A DNA stretch of 64,000 bases from Entomortierella parvispora E1425 (GCA_020891255.1 BQFW01000007.1:2170001-2234000); one strand, 5' to 3'. Positions 1 through 10,480 are shown, counted from the first letter of the stretch. A program made the numbers and translations. Notes: generated by a model from the letters alone, not told the origin.

Positions 1-59
1 GAAAACCCCCACCCCCTGTTACTGACATCCAGGCAGAGGCTTTCTTTGCCTGGGAGGAT

Positions 60-395
60 GAGGGGATAGAAGATACTCTGACTCTGAGATAAGCACCATG
101 CAGTGACTTGATTCCCACCGTGTGGCAAATCGCTGGACAATAGGTGGGAGCACTGAACAAGCTCAAAAAAGAAAGACATGGAGAGTAAAAAGCGAAATAG
201 GGGCAATTGCGCCCGAAACAACGCGTGTAACATCTTCGTCCCAGAGAACGTCCCTTGTGGAGGGACGCGTTTTTTTTTTCGTCCCAAGATAAGCGAATTC
301 TACCCGCCCTGCATTACCCAGCCCCTATGCAAGTCGATTCTGGCGTGAGAAGTGCATTGGCTGCATGATTCACAACGAATGGGGTGCTGTAGCTT
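60..395. repeat. Duplicated upstream/promoter block of the array
   Basis: Near-identical blocks at 3650-3867 and 4360-4530 (gaagatactc.gactctgagataagcacc; gaaataggg; aacaacgcgtg; tcccaagat.agcgaa; gattctggcgtgagaagtgca). A degenerate copy lies at about 2080-2150. Confidence 0.85.
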
Positions 396-434
396 TCAAA
401 GTCTTCTCCACCTCCCACTCTAAACCCATTTTTT

Positions 435-442
435 TATATAAA
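435..442 (+). promoter_or_regulatory. TATA box of copy A
   Basis: TATATAAA about 90 nt upstream of the ATG; the same motif is present upstream of copy C. Confidence 0.65.
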
Positions 443-531
443 CCCTGGCTCACAACAGACCAATGACAACAACAACAAATCCTCGTCCGCCTTCCAAGTC
501 TTCCCTCTCCTTACATCCGTCTTGTTCAAAA

Positions 532-1086
532 ATGGCACGCTTACTTTCGTCGCTGTTCCTGAGCCTCTTGGTTCTCACTTTGATCTGTCTCCAAGGTGTC
601 TTCGGGTTCTTCCAGGAAGGATTATACGAAATCCAGACCCTTGATAACCTATATCTCTCGATCGGCCCAGTTCCTCCTGTCTTCCCTCCTTTGGATGTCC
701 CAGCTCGTCTTTCGGCCCGTCCACAAGGAGACCATCTTTGGGAAGTCTTGCGATCGAATGATGGCAGCTACACCATCCGCCAGCGCGGTGACCCGAAGTG
801 GTCCTATGGACTCAACCATAATGACGACGGAGTTGTTATCGTGAGCTCCAGGAAGGCACCCCAGACCTGGGTTGTGGACAGCGTCGATCTGGATGTGTAC
901 ACAATTAGAGTCGTCAACGAGGACAAAGTCTTAACTGCGAACAGGGATGATTCCCCTCAAATTGTTCTTCAACCCGCTAAAATCTCAGATAAACAGCGTT
1001 GGAGATTCACTGCATTCAGGGATGATTTGAATGCTCGTGGTGGCATGTACGGAAAGAGCCGTTTCAATGTTCAGTGCTATCTGTAG
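532..1086 (+). CDS. Secreted beta-trefoil-like protein, array copy A (intact, single exon, 184 aa)
   Basis: ATG at 532 lies downstream of TATATAAA (435-442). Hydrophobic signal peptide MARLLSSLFLSLLVLTLICLQGVFG, then three repeated segments with Y-x-I and W motifs, ending QRWRF (QxW-like), and a C-terminal tail GMYGKSRFNVQCYL. The fold is inferred from the pattern. Confidence 0.8.
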   Translation: MARLLSSLFLSLLVLTLICLQGVFGFFQEGLYEIQTLDNLYLSIGPVPPVFPPLDVPARLSARPQGDHLWEVLRSNDGSYTIRQRGDPKWSYGLNHNDDGVVIVSSRKAPQTWVVDSVDLDVYTIRVVNEDKVLTANRDDSPQIVLQPAKISDKQRWRFTAFRDDLNARGGMYGKSRFNVQCYL

Positions 1087-1259
1087 AGAACGAAATATGT
1101 GGCAGCCTACTTGATGTCAAAGAGGCACTTCCTCTATATCCAGCACTATCTAGTTTTTTCTTTCTATCGTAGCCCGATCTGCACTTTTGTCTGACTTTGA
1201 CATCGCCGTACCCGTTGGACAAATAAATCAAGTTTCATTATTTTAAACAAAAGTGGGTT

Positions 1260-1760
1260 CGCTCCTCTCCTCGTGGTTCTTCCAACTTGACAGTCGAAAG
1301 CGATCCGTTGACCTCCTCCTCTCATCGTTAAAAAAAAACACGACTCATTGGTTGCATGGGCGGCAAAGCTCTTGTCCCTAGGTAAACCCTCCTGTGGATC
1401 CTAGGAAGTGATTCCCACCTCCTATCTCTACGCAGGAAAAGGGCCTTCAAGACCAGATATTGAGTTCACCAGTCAATACGGCTTCCAACCTGACAGGCAC
1501 TTCCTACGCCTTCAGTTGACGGATCGATCCACGCCGCCATCGCCCTCCATCCAGTTCTCCAAGACTCAAGGACGGTACCATTAAGAGCAATACGACAGTG
1601 AATGTGATAGCCCACGAATGAGCGACGGATCTGGGCCCTATGATCCCCACTGCAAGTTTATCTCTAGGCTTCAGACGACTGGGAATCCCTTGGTGTCGTT
1701 CCCTTCCAGAGCCGCACCATTTATTGCCCCGTGAACACGGCATGCTTTTGCTCTCTCAAA
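1260..1760. repeat. Duplicated downstream block following array genes
   Basis: Homologous to about 3090-3570 and partly to 5470-5670 (cttgac.gtcg.aagc.atcc; gcaaagc; gcaaaccc; gaccaga.attga; gatagcccacga). Confidence 0.75.
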
Positions 1761-2281
1761 TATGAGGGAGCGCGACGGTTTCCCTCCGGTTGGGCAAGTC
1801 AGTGATGATAACAAGAGGGTATTTATTAGTAAAATACAAAAACTAACATATCCTGAAGGTTATTGGAGAGGCTCTTCCGTGAGAGGACTCCAAGAACATG
1901 GGGATCATGTTTTCAGTTGGAGCTCTTGTTGTTGAGCGCAAGAACCCACTCTAAAAAAACACACCCATTACGAAAGCCAAGCAATCGAGCATACAACATC
2001 GAACGAGTTGCTTCGATTCTACGACCCTTCGCATTCTAATCTGAGAAAGTGGTAGGCTTCCACGTCCTAGAAAGAAAATTCTGGAAGAGCGCGGTTCCCT
2101 TGCGATGTCGACGGTTTTTTTTTGTCCCAATCAGCAAACTCTAGCTACCTTGCGCTGCCAACCTGCCAGCCCCAGTTCTTGAGTGCGAAGTAAGGTGTTG
2201 TAGCCGTTCAACCTCCCGCGGGCCCCCACATTTACCCATCTGCTCCTTTTCCTTTCTCACGACAAGTATTGCTAAAAGAAA

Positions 2282-2837
2282 ATGACGCGCTCGCTTTTGT
2301 CGCTGTTCCTGGGGTTCCTGGTTCTCACTGTGATCTGCCTCCGAGGCATCTTCGGGTATATCGTGTCTGCAATCTACCTCATCCAGACCATTGACTAACT
2401 TCACTCGATCGGCCCGGTTCCTCCCATTGACCCCATATAGATGTTCAGGCTAAAATTTTTCCCGATCAATTCGAAGAAGATGAGGCTTGGGATGTCCGGC
2501 AAGCCAATGGAGGCGGCTACAGCATCCGCCAGCGCGGATACCAGAGGATGCAATATGGACTCATCCCTCGTCAAAACAGCAACATTCCCGCGCGAGTGCC
2601 ACAATGGCACGCCAGACTTAGGCCGTGGAGAGTACTGGTGGGGGTCTTTTCCACAATTGGGCTCCTCTACCAGGACGATCTCTTTACCATGAGCAGGGAT
2701 CGGGATACTTCAGTCGTTCTTCGGCCTGATGGCGGCTCTGGAAAACAGCGTTGGAGATTTGTTCGAATCGACGTATCTCGTCTGCTCGCCGTGGAATGTA
2801 CGGAAAGATCCGCTTCAATCTTCAGTGTGCTCAGTAG
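2282..2837 (+). pseudogene. Beta-trefoil array copy B (pseudogene)
   Basis: ATG 2282 gives MTRSLLSLFLGFLVLTVICLRGIFG, then a premature TAA at 2396-2398 and frameshifts. Homology continues through GGYSIRQ, QRWRFVRID and GMYGKIRFNLQCAQ*. Confidence 0.9.
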
Positions 2838-4600
2838 AGAGCCAATGTGAAGCGACCTATTGGATATCAGAGAGGTACTTCCCCATATCTAGCAGTATCT
2901 ACAATTTTATCCTCCACCGTACCCTGATCTCCCTATTCGTTCCGCTTTTTGACCTCGTCGTAAATACCAGTAGGAAATAACAAGACCCTTATTGAAAAAA
3001 AAAGCGTGCGCGTGCTTGCAAAGTACATGGGGTGAATTGGACAACCACGCCAAATGGAGCCTAAAGCGTCCCGTTGGACTCGGGGTTGAGTCTGTTCATC
3101 GCTTCTAGGTCCCTCCTACTTGACCGTCGTAAGCCATCCGCTGATCTTTTCCTCTCTCCCTCATGAATAAAATACGTGGCTCATCGGTTGCAAGTGCAGC
3201 AAAGCACCGTACTTTGGCAAACCCATATCGATCTTAGAAAGCGATTCCTACTACCCATTTCTATGTTGTTGAAGGATCCTCTGGACCAGAGATTGAACTC
3301 ATCGGTTGATATGGCATCCTTGGGCATGTTCCACGCGTGCAATTGACAAATCGATCCATGCTGTTGTCTCCTACCCAGTCTTCCAAGGCCCTAGACGGAT
3401 ACCACCATGAGCAATGGGCAAGTGAAGGCGATAGCCCACGATTAGGCAAGGGATCTGATCCCAGTGACACCAACAAGAACCTCTTTAGAAGCTTGGAATC
3501 ATTAGCAAAAAGGCCAGATAAAGCAATGGCCTTGTTTGATACTCTCTCTCTCTTATCCTGTGCAATGCCGCGTGGGAACGAACGAATCCCCAAATTACCG
3601 CCTGGGAACTAAAATAATATATATGTAGAAACCATCACGCCCCACGTTACTGGGAAGATACTCAGACTCTGAGATAAGCACCATTCAGTGTCTAGATCCC
3701 CAGAGCGAGAGCAGGACTCTGGACAATGAGTGGGAGCACTGACCGGGTTCAGACAAAAATACACATAAACAAAACAGGACAGATTTGTTGGAGACGAAAA
3801 CTGACACGGAGAATAAAACCGAAATAGGGGCTTGGCCTGCAAAACAACGCGTGCGACATCTTTGTCCTTCCCATGCTCTTGCTTAGTTTCTCGTCGTGTG
3901 AATACTTGAGCGTCTTTTTTCCTCGAGTCCACCGATGTAGTACTGTAGGTTGTGCGAAAGATCATTTAAGAGAACCGAATGGTGGATGGTGTGGTTTTTT
4001 GCGTGAGTTCTCACTCTTACCGATAGCAGCTCTTTCGGCTGAAAAAACAAAAAAAAAAAAAAGAAAGTTGGTTGCACAGGAGGAAGAGGCGGGTCTGTCC
4101 TCTGATTGCCCCTCGTGTGCAGATCCAACTGCAAAATTCTCTCAGGAAAGAGCGCCACCAATTGCCTGCAGACTCTGCCCCATCGACTATCACCAACATC
4201 AAAAGTCCCAAGCCCTTCTACCCCAGCAAACAAGTCCCTTTGTCCATCCCCTCCTAGTGTTTCCTGTTTCTCTCCCTATGGTCATCACTGCGCCTTGATT
4301 CTCTAGTTGAGTTTGATAGAGTGGTGTATTTTCCAAGGGCCCATCACAAAAAAAATCTGCAAGAGCACGGTCCCCGCTGTGGGAACGCGTCTTTTTTTTC
4401 TTTTTTTTTCTGTCCCAAGATTAGCGAACTAACTCTACCCGCCTTGCATTACCCAACCCCTATGCAGATCGATTCTGGCGTGAGAAGTGCATCGATTGCA
4501 TGATCCATAACGAATGGAGTGCTCCAGCCGTTCAACCTTCCGTGGGTAAATGTAGAAAGATTTCTCGCATCCCCCAGACGATCAAACCAAATTTTTTTTG

Positions 4601-4608
4601 TATATAAA
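4601..4608 (+). promoter_or_regulatory. TATA box of copy C
   Basis: TATATAAA about 80 nt upstream of ATG 4682. Confidence 0.65.
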
Positions 4609-4681
4609 CTGCCTCAACCAACCACCACAACAAGCACAAAACCTCCTCCCTCACCAACTCCATACAAGTCTCTGTTCAAAA

Positions 4682-5248
4682 ATGACACGCTCACTTCCGT
4701 CGCTGTTTCTGGGCTTCATTGCTCTCACTTTGATCTGTCTCCAAGGTGTCTTTGGGTTCATCGAGCCTGGAACCTACCTTATCCAGACTATTGATGACAA
4801 ATATCTCTCGATCGGCCCAGTTCCACCCGTCATCCCTCCTTTGGATATCCCAGCTCGTCTTTCTGCTCGTCCACGAGACCATCTTTGGGAAGTCAGGCCA
4901 GCTGATGATGGTGGCTACACCATCCGCGAGGTCCAGCGCCGTCGGCGCGGTGAGCCGACGAACGTATATGGACTCAACCGTAACGAGGATGAAGCTGTTA
5001 TCTTGAGTGCTAGGAAAGCACCTCAGAGCTGGGCCGTGGACAGCGCCGGCGAGGGCTTATTCACCATTGGAGTCGTCAACCAGGATAGCCTCGCTACTGT
5101 GAACGAGGATGAGTACCCTCCAATCATTCTTCAACCTGCGAATGGCTCTCCAGACCAGCGTTGGAGGTTTGTTCGAGTCGACAGATTCTCGTCTACTCGC
5201 AGCGCCATGTACGGAAAGAGCCGCTTCAATCTTCAGTGCGGCCTGTAG
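4682..5248 (+). CDS. Secreted beta-trefoil-like protein, array copy C (intact, 188 aa)
   Basis: ATG 4682 with TATATAAA at 4601-4608. Signal peptide; colinear with copy A; tail MYGKSRFNLQCGL. Confidence 0.82.
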   Translation: MTRSLPSLFLGFIALTLICLQGVFGFIEPGTYLIQTIDDKYLSIGPVPPVIPPLDIPARLSARPRDHLWEVRPADDGGYTIREVQRRRRGEPTNVYGLNRNEDEAVILSARKAPQSWAVDSAGEGLFTIGVVNQDSLATVNEDEYPPIILQPANGSPDQRWRFVRVDRFSSTRSAMYGKSRFNLQCGL

Positions 5249-6789
5249 ACTCTATAGACCATTCTGAAACGGTCCGTCGATATCTTGGGAGCCTTTCCGC
5301 CCGCCATATCTAGCACCATTTACTTTTTTTCTTCACTCTCTGTCGTTAACCTGATTTCGCCATTCCCAATGTAGCTTCTCCACTTTTGTTCGAAAAGAAA
5401 GAACGCTGTTCGGAACAAATTTTATTTTTTAAAAAGACACATGTGCTCGCAAAGGAAGAAGGGAAGAACAGTGGAAAGTAGACAGCCACGCCAATTGAGC
5501 CAAAACGTCCCGTTGGACTCGGCCGAGTCCGCTCATTTCTTCTTCTAGGTCGCCCTTACTTGACTATCGCAAGCAATCGCTTGACCTCTTCCTCTCTTGT
5601 CGATATAAACACAGGTCAGCGACTGCATACCCAGCAAAGCACCACACTTGGCAAACCCTCTTTTTTTCACCAGGACCCAGAATTCTGAGATTCGCCTTAA
5701 GCGCTATGCATGTAGTTGGGATCAGCAATGGGGATTTTGCCAAAGTTCTACTCCGCTTTCTTCTGATGGAATGTATGGAATGAGTCGCCAGTGCACTTTA
5801 TAAACAACTTGTGGAACCCTCACTTTTTTGCTTTGCCTTTGCACCTCGATCCACACCCTGCCCTGACAGCTCACACAGTTCTCGAGGTGGGTGTTTAAAG
5901 CTGCAAATCTGCAAAATAAAATCAAACGAGCATGCATATTCATATTGGTCAGCAGCAGTATGCCTAGCCACGCACCAAGTTAAAATTCAAGTCAAAAAGC
6001 TCCTAGCATTTGCGTCCTCTGGAGTATTGCTGTGAAGCTTTTTGACTGTCGTGGATTCTCCTACCCACTGAGGGTCGACAGAGCTAGTCAGCGATCGCAG
6101 CATTACAGGAGTTACCTTGAAGTTGCTCCAGGGGAACTACCTGGATCGAAGTCTTGAATTGCTGGTTGGCGCCAGACGATCATGACCCAAAGGGAGAATT
6201 CAAGAATTCAAGAATGTGTGGAAAAATCGCTTCTCAGCCCCTGGTCCTGTCCAGATTTGAAGGTTGGAACGAAAGCCGCCAAGACCAAACAACTTTTCTT
6301 ACGTTCTCTGACAAGACTTCACAATTGGAGCGAGCTCATTTTCCTTCGCGCTTGAGAGCCAACTGTTCAGCATTCCAGCACAAAAACAAACAAATCTGCA
6401 CAGGGATGCTCAACGGAAATCTTTTATGTTGTTGCGCGCCTTGCCGTTCACCGCATCTCGCCCAATCGACTCCAGTGCTTCTTCAGGAGAGAGAGCCCCT
6501 AAAAACAAACTACATACACGAAAAGATCGGCCATTCTTGTGTTTTCGACTGTCAGTGGCTAGGGAAGCCCCACCACTTGTATCACCCACCCCTAAAAAGT
6601 GCACATGCAAGAGGATTCTGTGGGTAAATAGCTCCATCTTTTGTGGATAAAAGAAAGCAAAAAAAAAAAAAAAAAAAAAAAACCTCACCTAACGTCAAGA
6701 AACATCCCATAGCCACTGCCTGCCTTTCCCTTTCCCATGCACAACCCTTCTTTGACATGGTCACCCACTTTCACTTTAGTCACTTTTGA

Positions 6790-7305
6790 AGATGTACTCG
6801 TGTTGATCCATCCCAGACTCTACTCTATCATATCTCTCACTGGGTTCGCCTTTGCTTGAAAATCCAAATCCACCTGTCGACCTCCCCATCTTCTTTTGAG
6901 AAAAGACGATAAGGAAACGAACTTTGACACGTAGGCAAGTCAAAGGTGGCTAAAACATTAGTCAGCCTGGTCACCAACATGACACCTACAGCCTCATCGC
7001 AGACGACTATGGCGCCGTGGATGCGAGCGCCACTTCAAAGCCTCAAGCTTGGCCAATGTTGACAATGGGCTATACACGTTTGGAAGTGCCAGTGATGACA
7101 ATTGTTTTACTCAGCACCAGGAATGTACTCCTTTTTCCTCGTTGCTTACTCTGTGTTTCGGCAGTGGACCTTTCTTCCGTATCGAACGAACTTGCACGTT
7201 CTTCGCGGCGTGTCTGGAAAGAGCCGCTTCAACCTCCAGTGCGCAAGGCAGACGAGGTGCCCTCCTGGTGAGTATCTCAGCACCATCTCGTGCTATCTCC
7301 TTTAG
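6790..7305 (+). pseudogene. Beta-trefoil array copy D (pseudogene, closest to copy F)
   Basis: Fragments YLSLGSP..PPVDLP, QVKGG*NISQPGHQHDTYSLIADDYGAVDASATSKPQAW (stop TAA at 6951), NGLYTFG and QWTF..GVSGKSRFNLQC align with copy F (SVQGGYTIRQPGDQPDVYGLISKDDNAVYFSATSKPHTW) and with the A/C tail. Several frameshifts. Confidence 0.8.
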
Positions 7306-7489
7306 TCACCCACCATGTCATGGCCTTGCTATCCTCCTGATCTATGTTATTCTCATTTTGATCCTGCGCAAATAAAACCTTTGCCCAAGGTTGAGAACCT
7401 CCTTTGTGCCAGCATGCCAACTAATACGAAACCTCTGGAACCACAAAAGACTCTTTCAGTTACCTATTCTTTCTGCCGATCACTGGTCT

Positions 7490-7870
7490 GTCAAGTCAGG
7501 ATTACCTTTGTTGGGAGTCGTTGGTATCACTTTGGACGCCTTTCACGCGTTCATTGAACATGGAATCTACTTCATTTACTTCGTCTAGGCCCCCGGATTG
7601 CCGCTGCCTCTCACACGACCATGCTGATTACCATTCCCCTCTCGATCACCCCGTCATATTGTCTTAGAGAGAACAAATGATGTGTTGGACTCGAGCTGCA
7701 CGGACTGCCAACAATGGTAGCCTCGTTATTCATGAGCAGAAAAATTACCCTCAGGTTCTTGTACGACCCTCCGTGGTACTTGGACTCTGAAATGGTTAGC
7801 TTATCAAAGCCGATGAGGGCTATTCCCAAGTTCATGGCGACCCGTACGGAACGAGCCACTTCAATCGATA
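7490..7870 (+). pseudogene. Beta-trefoil array copy E (degenerate)
   Basis: Remnants AFIEHGIYFI (cf. GFIEPGTYLI), PLDHPVILS*, TANNGSLVIHE (cf. PADDGGYTIRE) and GDPYGTSHFNR* (cf. GGMYGKSRFN). Confidence 0.65.
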
Positions 7871-8580
7871 GAGAGCTCCATAGAAATCGGAGCGATGGCA
7901 TCCAGACGTCTTGGGATCCAAATCCTGTGCAATTTTTACCCCTTCTAACTTGACGTGCATTTAGAGCGCGTTCATCCCTCTGTTTTGACGTCCATGCTTG
8001 ATTCTGTTGTCCGGCCAAAACTGAATCCTGGCCACAGATCTTACCCACCGTTTCGTATTGTTTATGAATAGATGCACAAACTTTTCAGGGTGTTGGAAAG
8101 GGCCTGGACCACCACATAGCAACCAAGTCACCACATTCGAGAGCGATAACGTTCCCAAATTCCTTGGGGAAAAAAGAAAAAGAAGGAAAAAAGGTGCTTC
8201 CCACACCAGAACTGGTGCGCGTTGGTCGCTTCCTTTTTTTTAATATCATTCGAACATCGGCTGTCTTGGTACTCTGCAGCAACCTTGATTTGGTCTTGTC
8301 CACCCCCTGCGAAACTTTCTTTTCTGTGTGGATCATGTTTTCTTGCATAACAAGAAAAAAAATGGGTGAATAGGATGAACTACTTTTGCTCTAACTGCTT
8401 TCCAGTGTGGCAGGCACGAAGAGAGAAAATCACCCATCCCTCCCCCTGAAATACACCAGGTCTTTTTATCCATCTACATAAGCAACATCGTCTCAATGAG
8501 TTCTTGAGACGTCCATCTTCCCCTGCTGTTTTTTTTTTGTTCGTTTTTCCGTACTCACACAACACCTGTTTTATTTCATC

Positions 8581-9180
8581 ATGGCACGCTCCCTTTTGTC
8601 ATTATTCCTGGCAACCCTTGTCCTGTCTTTGATCGCTCCTCAAGGTGTCTTGGCATCGATCGATAATGGACTCTACCGTATCGGGTCCTTGAAGAACACT
8701 TTCCTTTCACTTGGACCAGCTCCACCTCTCGACCCTCCTCCTGATGACCCCGACAATTCATACCCTGATGTCCCCGCTATTTTGAAAAGCAGACAGCCAG
8801 AAGACCAAATTTGGCTGGTGGAGAGCGTCCAGGGCGGCTATACTATTCGCCAGCCCGGAGACCAACCTGACGTCTATGGCCTCATTAGCAAGGATGATAA
8901 CGCCGTGTACTTCAGTGCCACATCCAAACCTCATACCTGGGTCTTGAACAGTGTTGCCGGTCTCGGTCATTATACGATTGGAGTTCCCGGCAGTAAGAAC
9001 CTTGTTACCCATAGAAGAGGCATCACCCCTGAGGTTTATCTTCAGCGCGGGTCAGGTTCTGTGAATCAGATATGGAGGTTTACTCCACCTAGTAACTATT
9101 CGCGGGCCCGTGGCGGTGTGCACAAACACCCTCGCCCCCATCGCCATGTGCATGTACACCTGGACGGACATATCCATTGA
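8581..9180 (+). CDS. Secreted beta-trefoil-like protein, array copy F (intact, 199 aa, His-rich tail)
   Basis: Signal peptide MARSLLSLFLATLVLSLIAPQGVLA; colinear with A and C; QIWRF motif; the tail is replaced by GGVHKHPRPHRHVHVHLDGHIH. Confidence 0.8.
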   Translation: MARSLLSLFLATLVLSLIAPQGVLASIDNGLYRIGSLKNTFLSLGPAPPLDPPPDDPDNSYPDVPAILKSRQPEDQIWLVESVQGGYTIRQPGDQPDVYGLISKDDNAVYFSATSKPHTWVLNSVAGLGHYTIGVPGSKNLVTHRRGITPEVYLQRGSGSVNQIWRFTPPSNYSRARGGVHKHPRPHRHVHVHLDGHIH

Positions 9181-9577
9181 TCACGTATGATTTGATCCCG
9201 GCGCCCCTATCCTTCTTCTGTGTAATCACCCCTGCGATGACCTTCTTGATGACCCTCGATTTTATCCCCACCTTGTAGAATATCATTAAATGAGTTCTTC
9301 CCTCATTCATTCGCAATGCCCTTTAGCAATGTCGCATCTTGCCGACACCAAGAATGAGCCAGGAACAAACGAAAAAAAAAAAATCGTGATCGGGAAAACT
9401 GTGTCTTTAACCTGGAAACCATAGTTGACGACCGTATCAGATTCACCGAACAACATGCAGCATTGCCTTTTTGTGATAGCCCTACTACAATTTCAGATCT
9501 ATGCACTCGATCGTATTAATCATACTACGTAGGACAAGAAGTTTGCACAAGTATCAAGAGACACAGGCGGATGGTAT

Positions 9578-9755
9578 CCACCTTCCAAACTGGCTGCAAA
9601 GACAATGTCTCGTTCGATGACTTGACGAGAGAGCTCCATTTTGGGGTGCATCTCCAATCTTACGAGCTGAATTCCAGACTTCACTGGTCTTGTCCAGACG
9701 ATGCACTGCACGCACGATGGAGCCTAGAAAAGACCTGAGTTAGTGGCAAGACTGA

Positions 9756-9786
<31 letters not shown>

Positions 9787-9790
9787 GGTC
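9578..9790 (-). pseudogene. Relic duplicate of the SKI2 penultimate exon with flanking intron sequence
   Basis: Homologous to 11453-11680. Translates GSIVRAVHRLDKT-SEVWNSARKIGDA / [20 protein letters not shown] versus SKI2 [50 protein letters not shown]. Frameshifted, with donor GT changed to GA. Confidence 0.9.
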
Positions 9791-9809
9791 AGAGTTCGAG
9801 AGGGATTGT

Positions 9810-10050
9810 GCTAGCTCTTGTTGGATTTGGTTGATCTTCAAAGGTGTTCTCGCGTTTATCGAGCATAGAGCCTGCTACATCCAAGACCCCGGACGGTCGC
9901 CTCCTCACGCGCTGGATTTCTGGTGCCTATCCAACTTTCGACCTTTGGCTTCTAAATTTTCTTGGAACAAGTTGGAAGCCAAAACTTGGGGAAGTCAAAG
10001 ACGTTGACTTCGATGTGGGAAAAGCCCTCGTCCATCCCTGCGATACCGAG
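9810..10050 (+). pseudogene. Beta-trefoil array copy G (degenerate)
   Basis: ttgatcttcaaaggtgttctcgcgtttatcgagc resembles ttgatctgtctccaaggtgtctttgggttcatcgagc of copy C. Remnants TPDGRLL and KLGEVKDVD (cf. HLWEVRPAD). Confidence 0.55.
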
Positions 10051-10373
10051 ACTTAGGAGATTCTAGGATAGTATAATATCTGATACCTGGATGATGTTTC
10101 GCTGTTCGCGAGCGACAAAAAAACCAGAAACGAACAAAAAGGGGCCAGAGTCGCCCAACCCAATCGGAATGTTTTTCAACGGGCCTCTGGCCTATCTTTC
10201 CTGGAGGTGCACATGCAACCGGACAGGACTGTCCGTTCATGTGGCGGAAAAAACCAATTCTTTCTGAATGTGAAGTGGTTCAACCCTTCACGGTAAAAAA
10301 AAAAATCCCTCACCTAGCGATCCTCATTCACTTTCCACCTTTTCGTCCTCGTGTAATACCTTTCTTCTTCTAC

Positions 10374-10480
10374 ATGGCACGCTCGCTTTCATCGTCGTTC
10401 CGGTAGTATTTGTTCTCACCTTGGTCTTTCACCAATGTGTTCTCGCGTTCTTCGAACCCAGCAAAACAAAAGCCTGCACA
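10374..10480 (+). pseudogene. Beta-trefoil array copy H (5' remnant)
   Basis: ATGGCACGCTCGCTTTCATCG gives MARSLSSSFR*; after a frameshift the sequence reads VFVLTLVFHQCVLAFFEP, matching the family signal peptide. Confidence 0.65.

Noticed and set aside
463-531. Upstream ATG extending copy A to 207 aa (and the 4598 start for copy C)
   Set aside because: It would place hydrophilic residues before the signal peptide. The paralogs share the downstream ATG, and the 4598 start codon is GTG overlapping the TATA box.
1075-1086. C-terminal QCYL/QCGL as a prenylation signal
   Set aside because: The Cys is at -3 rather than -4, and the proteins carry signal peptides.
3310-3330. YGILGH peptide identical to the S1/P1 nuclease N-terminus
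   Set aside because: No further nuclease motifs follow and the homologous block at about 1485 reads YGFQPD; treated as coincidence.
5700-6700. Possible further array remnants
   Set aside because: Only weak signal-peptide-like text (LLAFASSGVLL) is present, which is insufficient to call.
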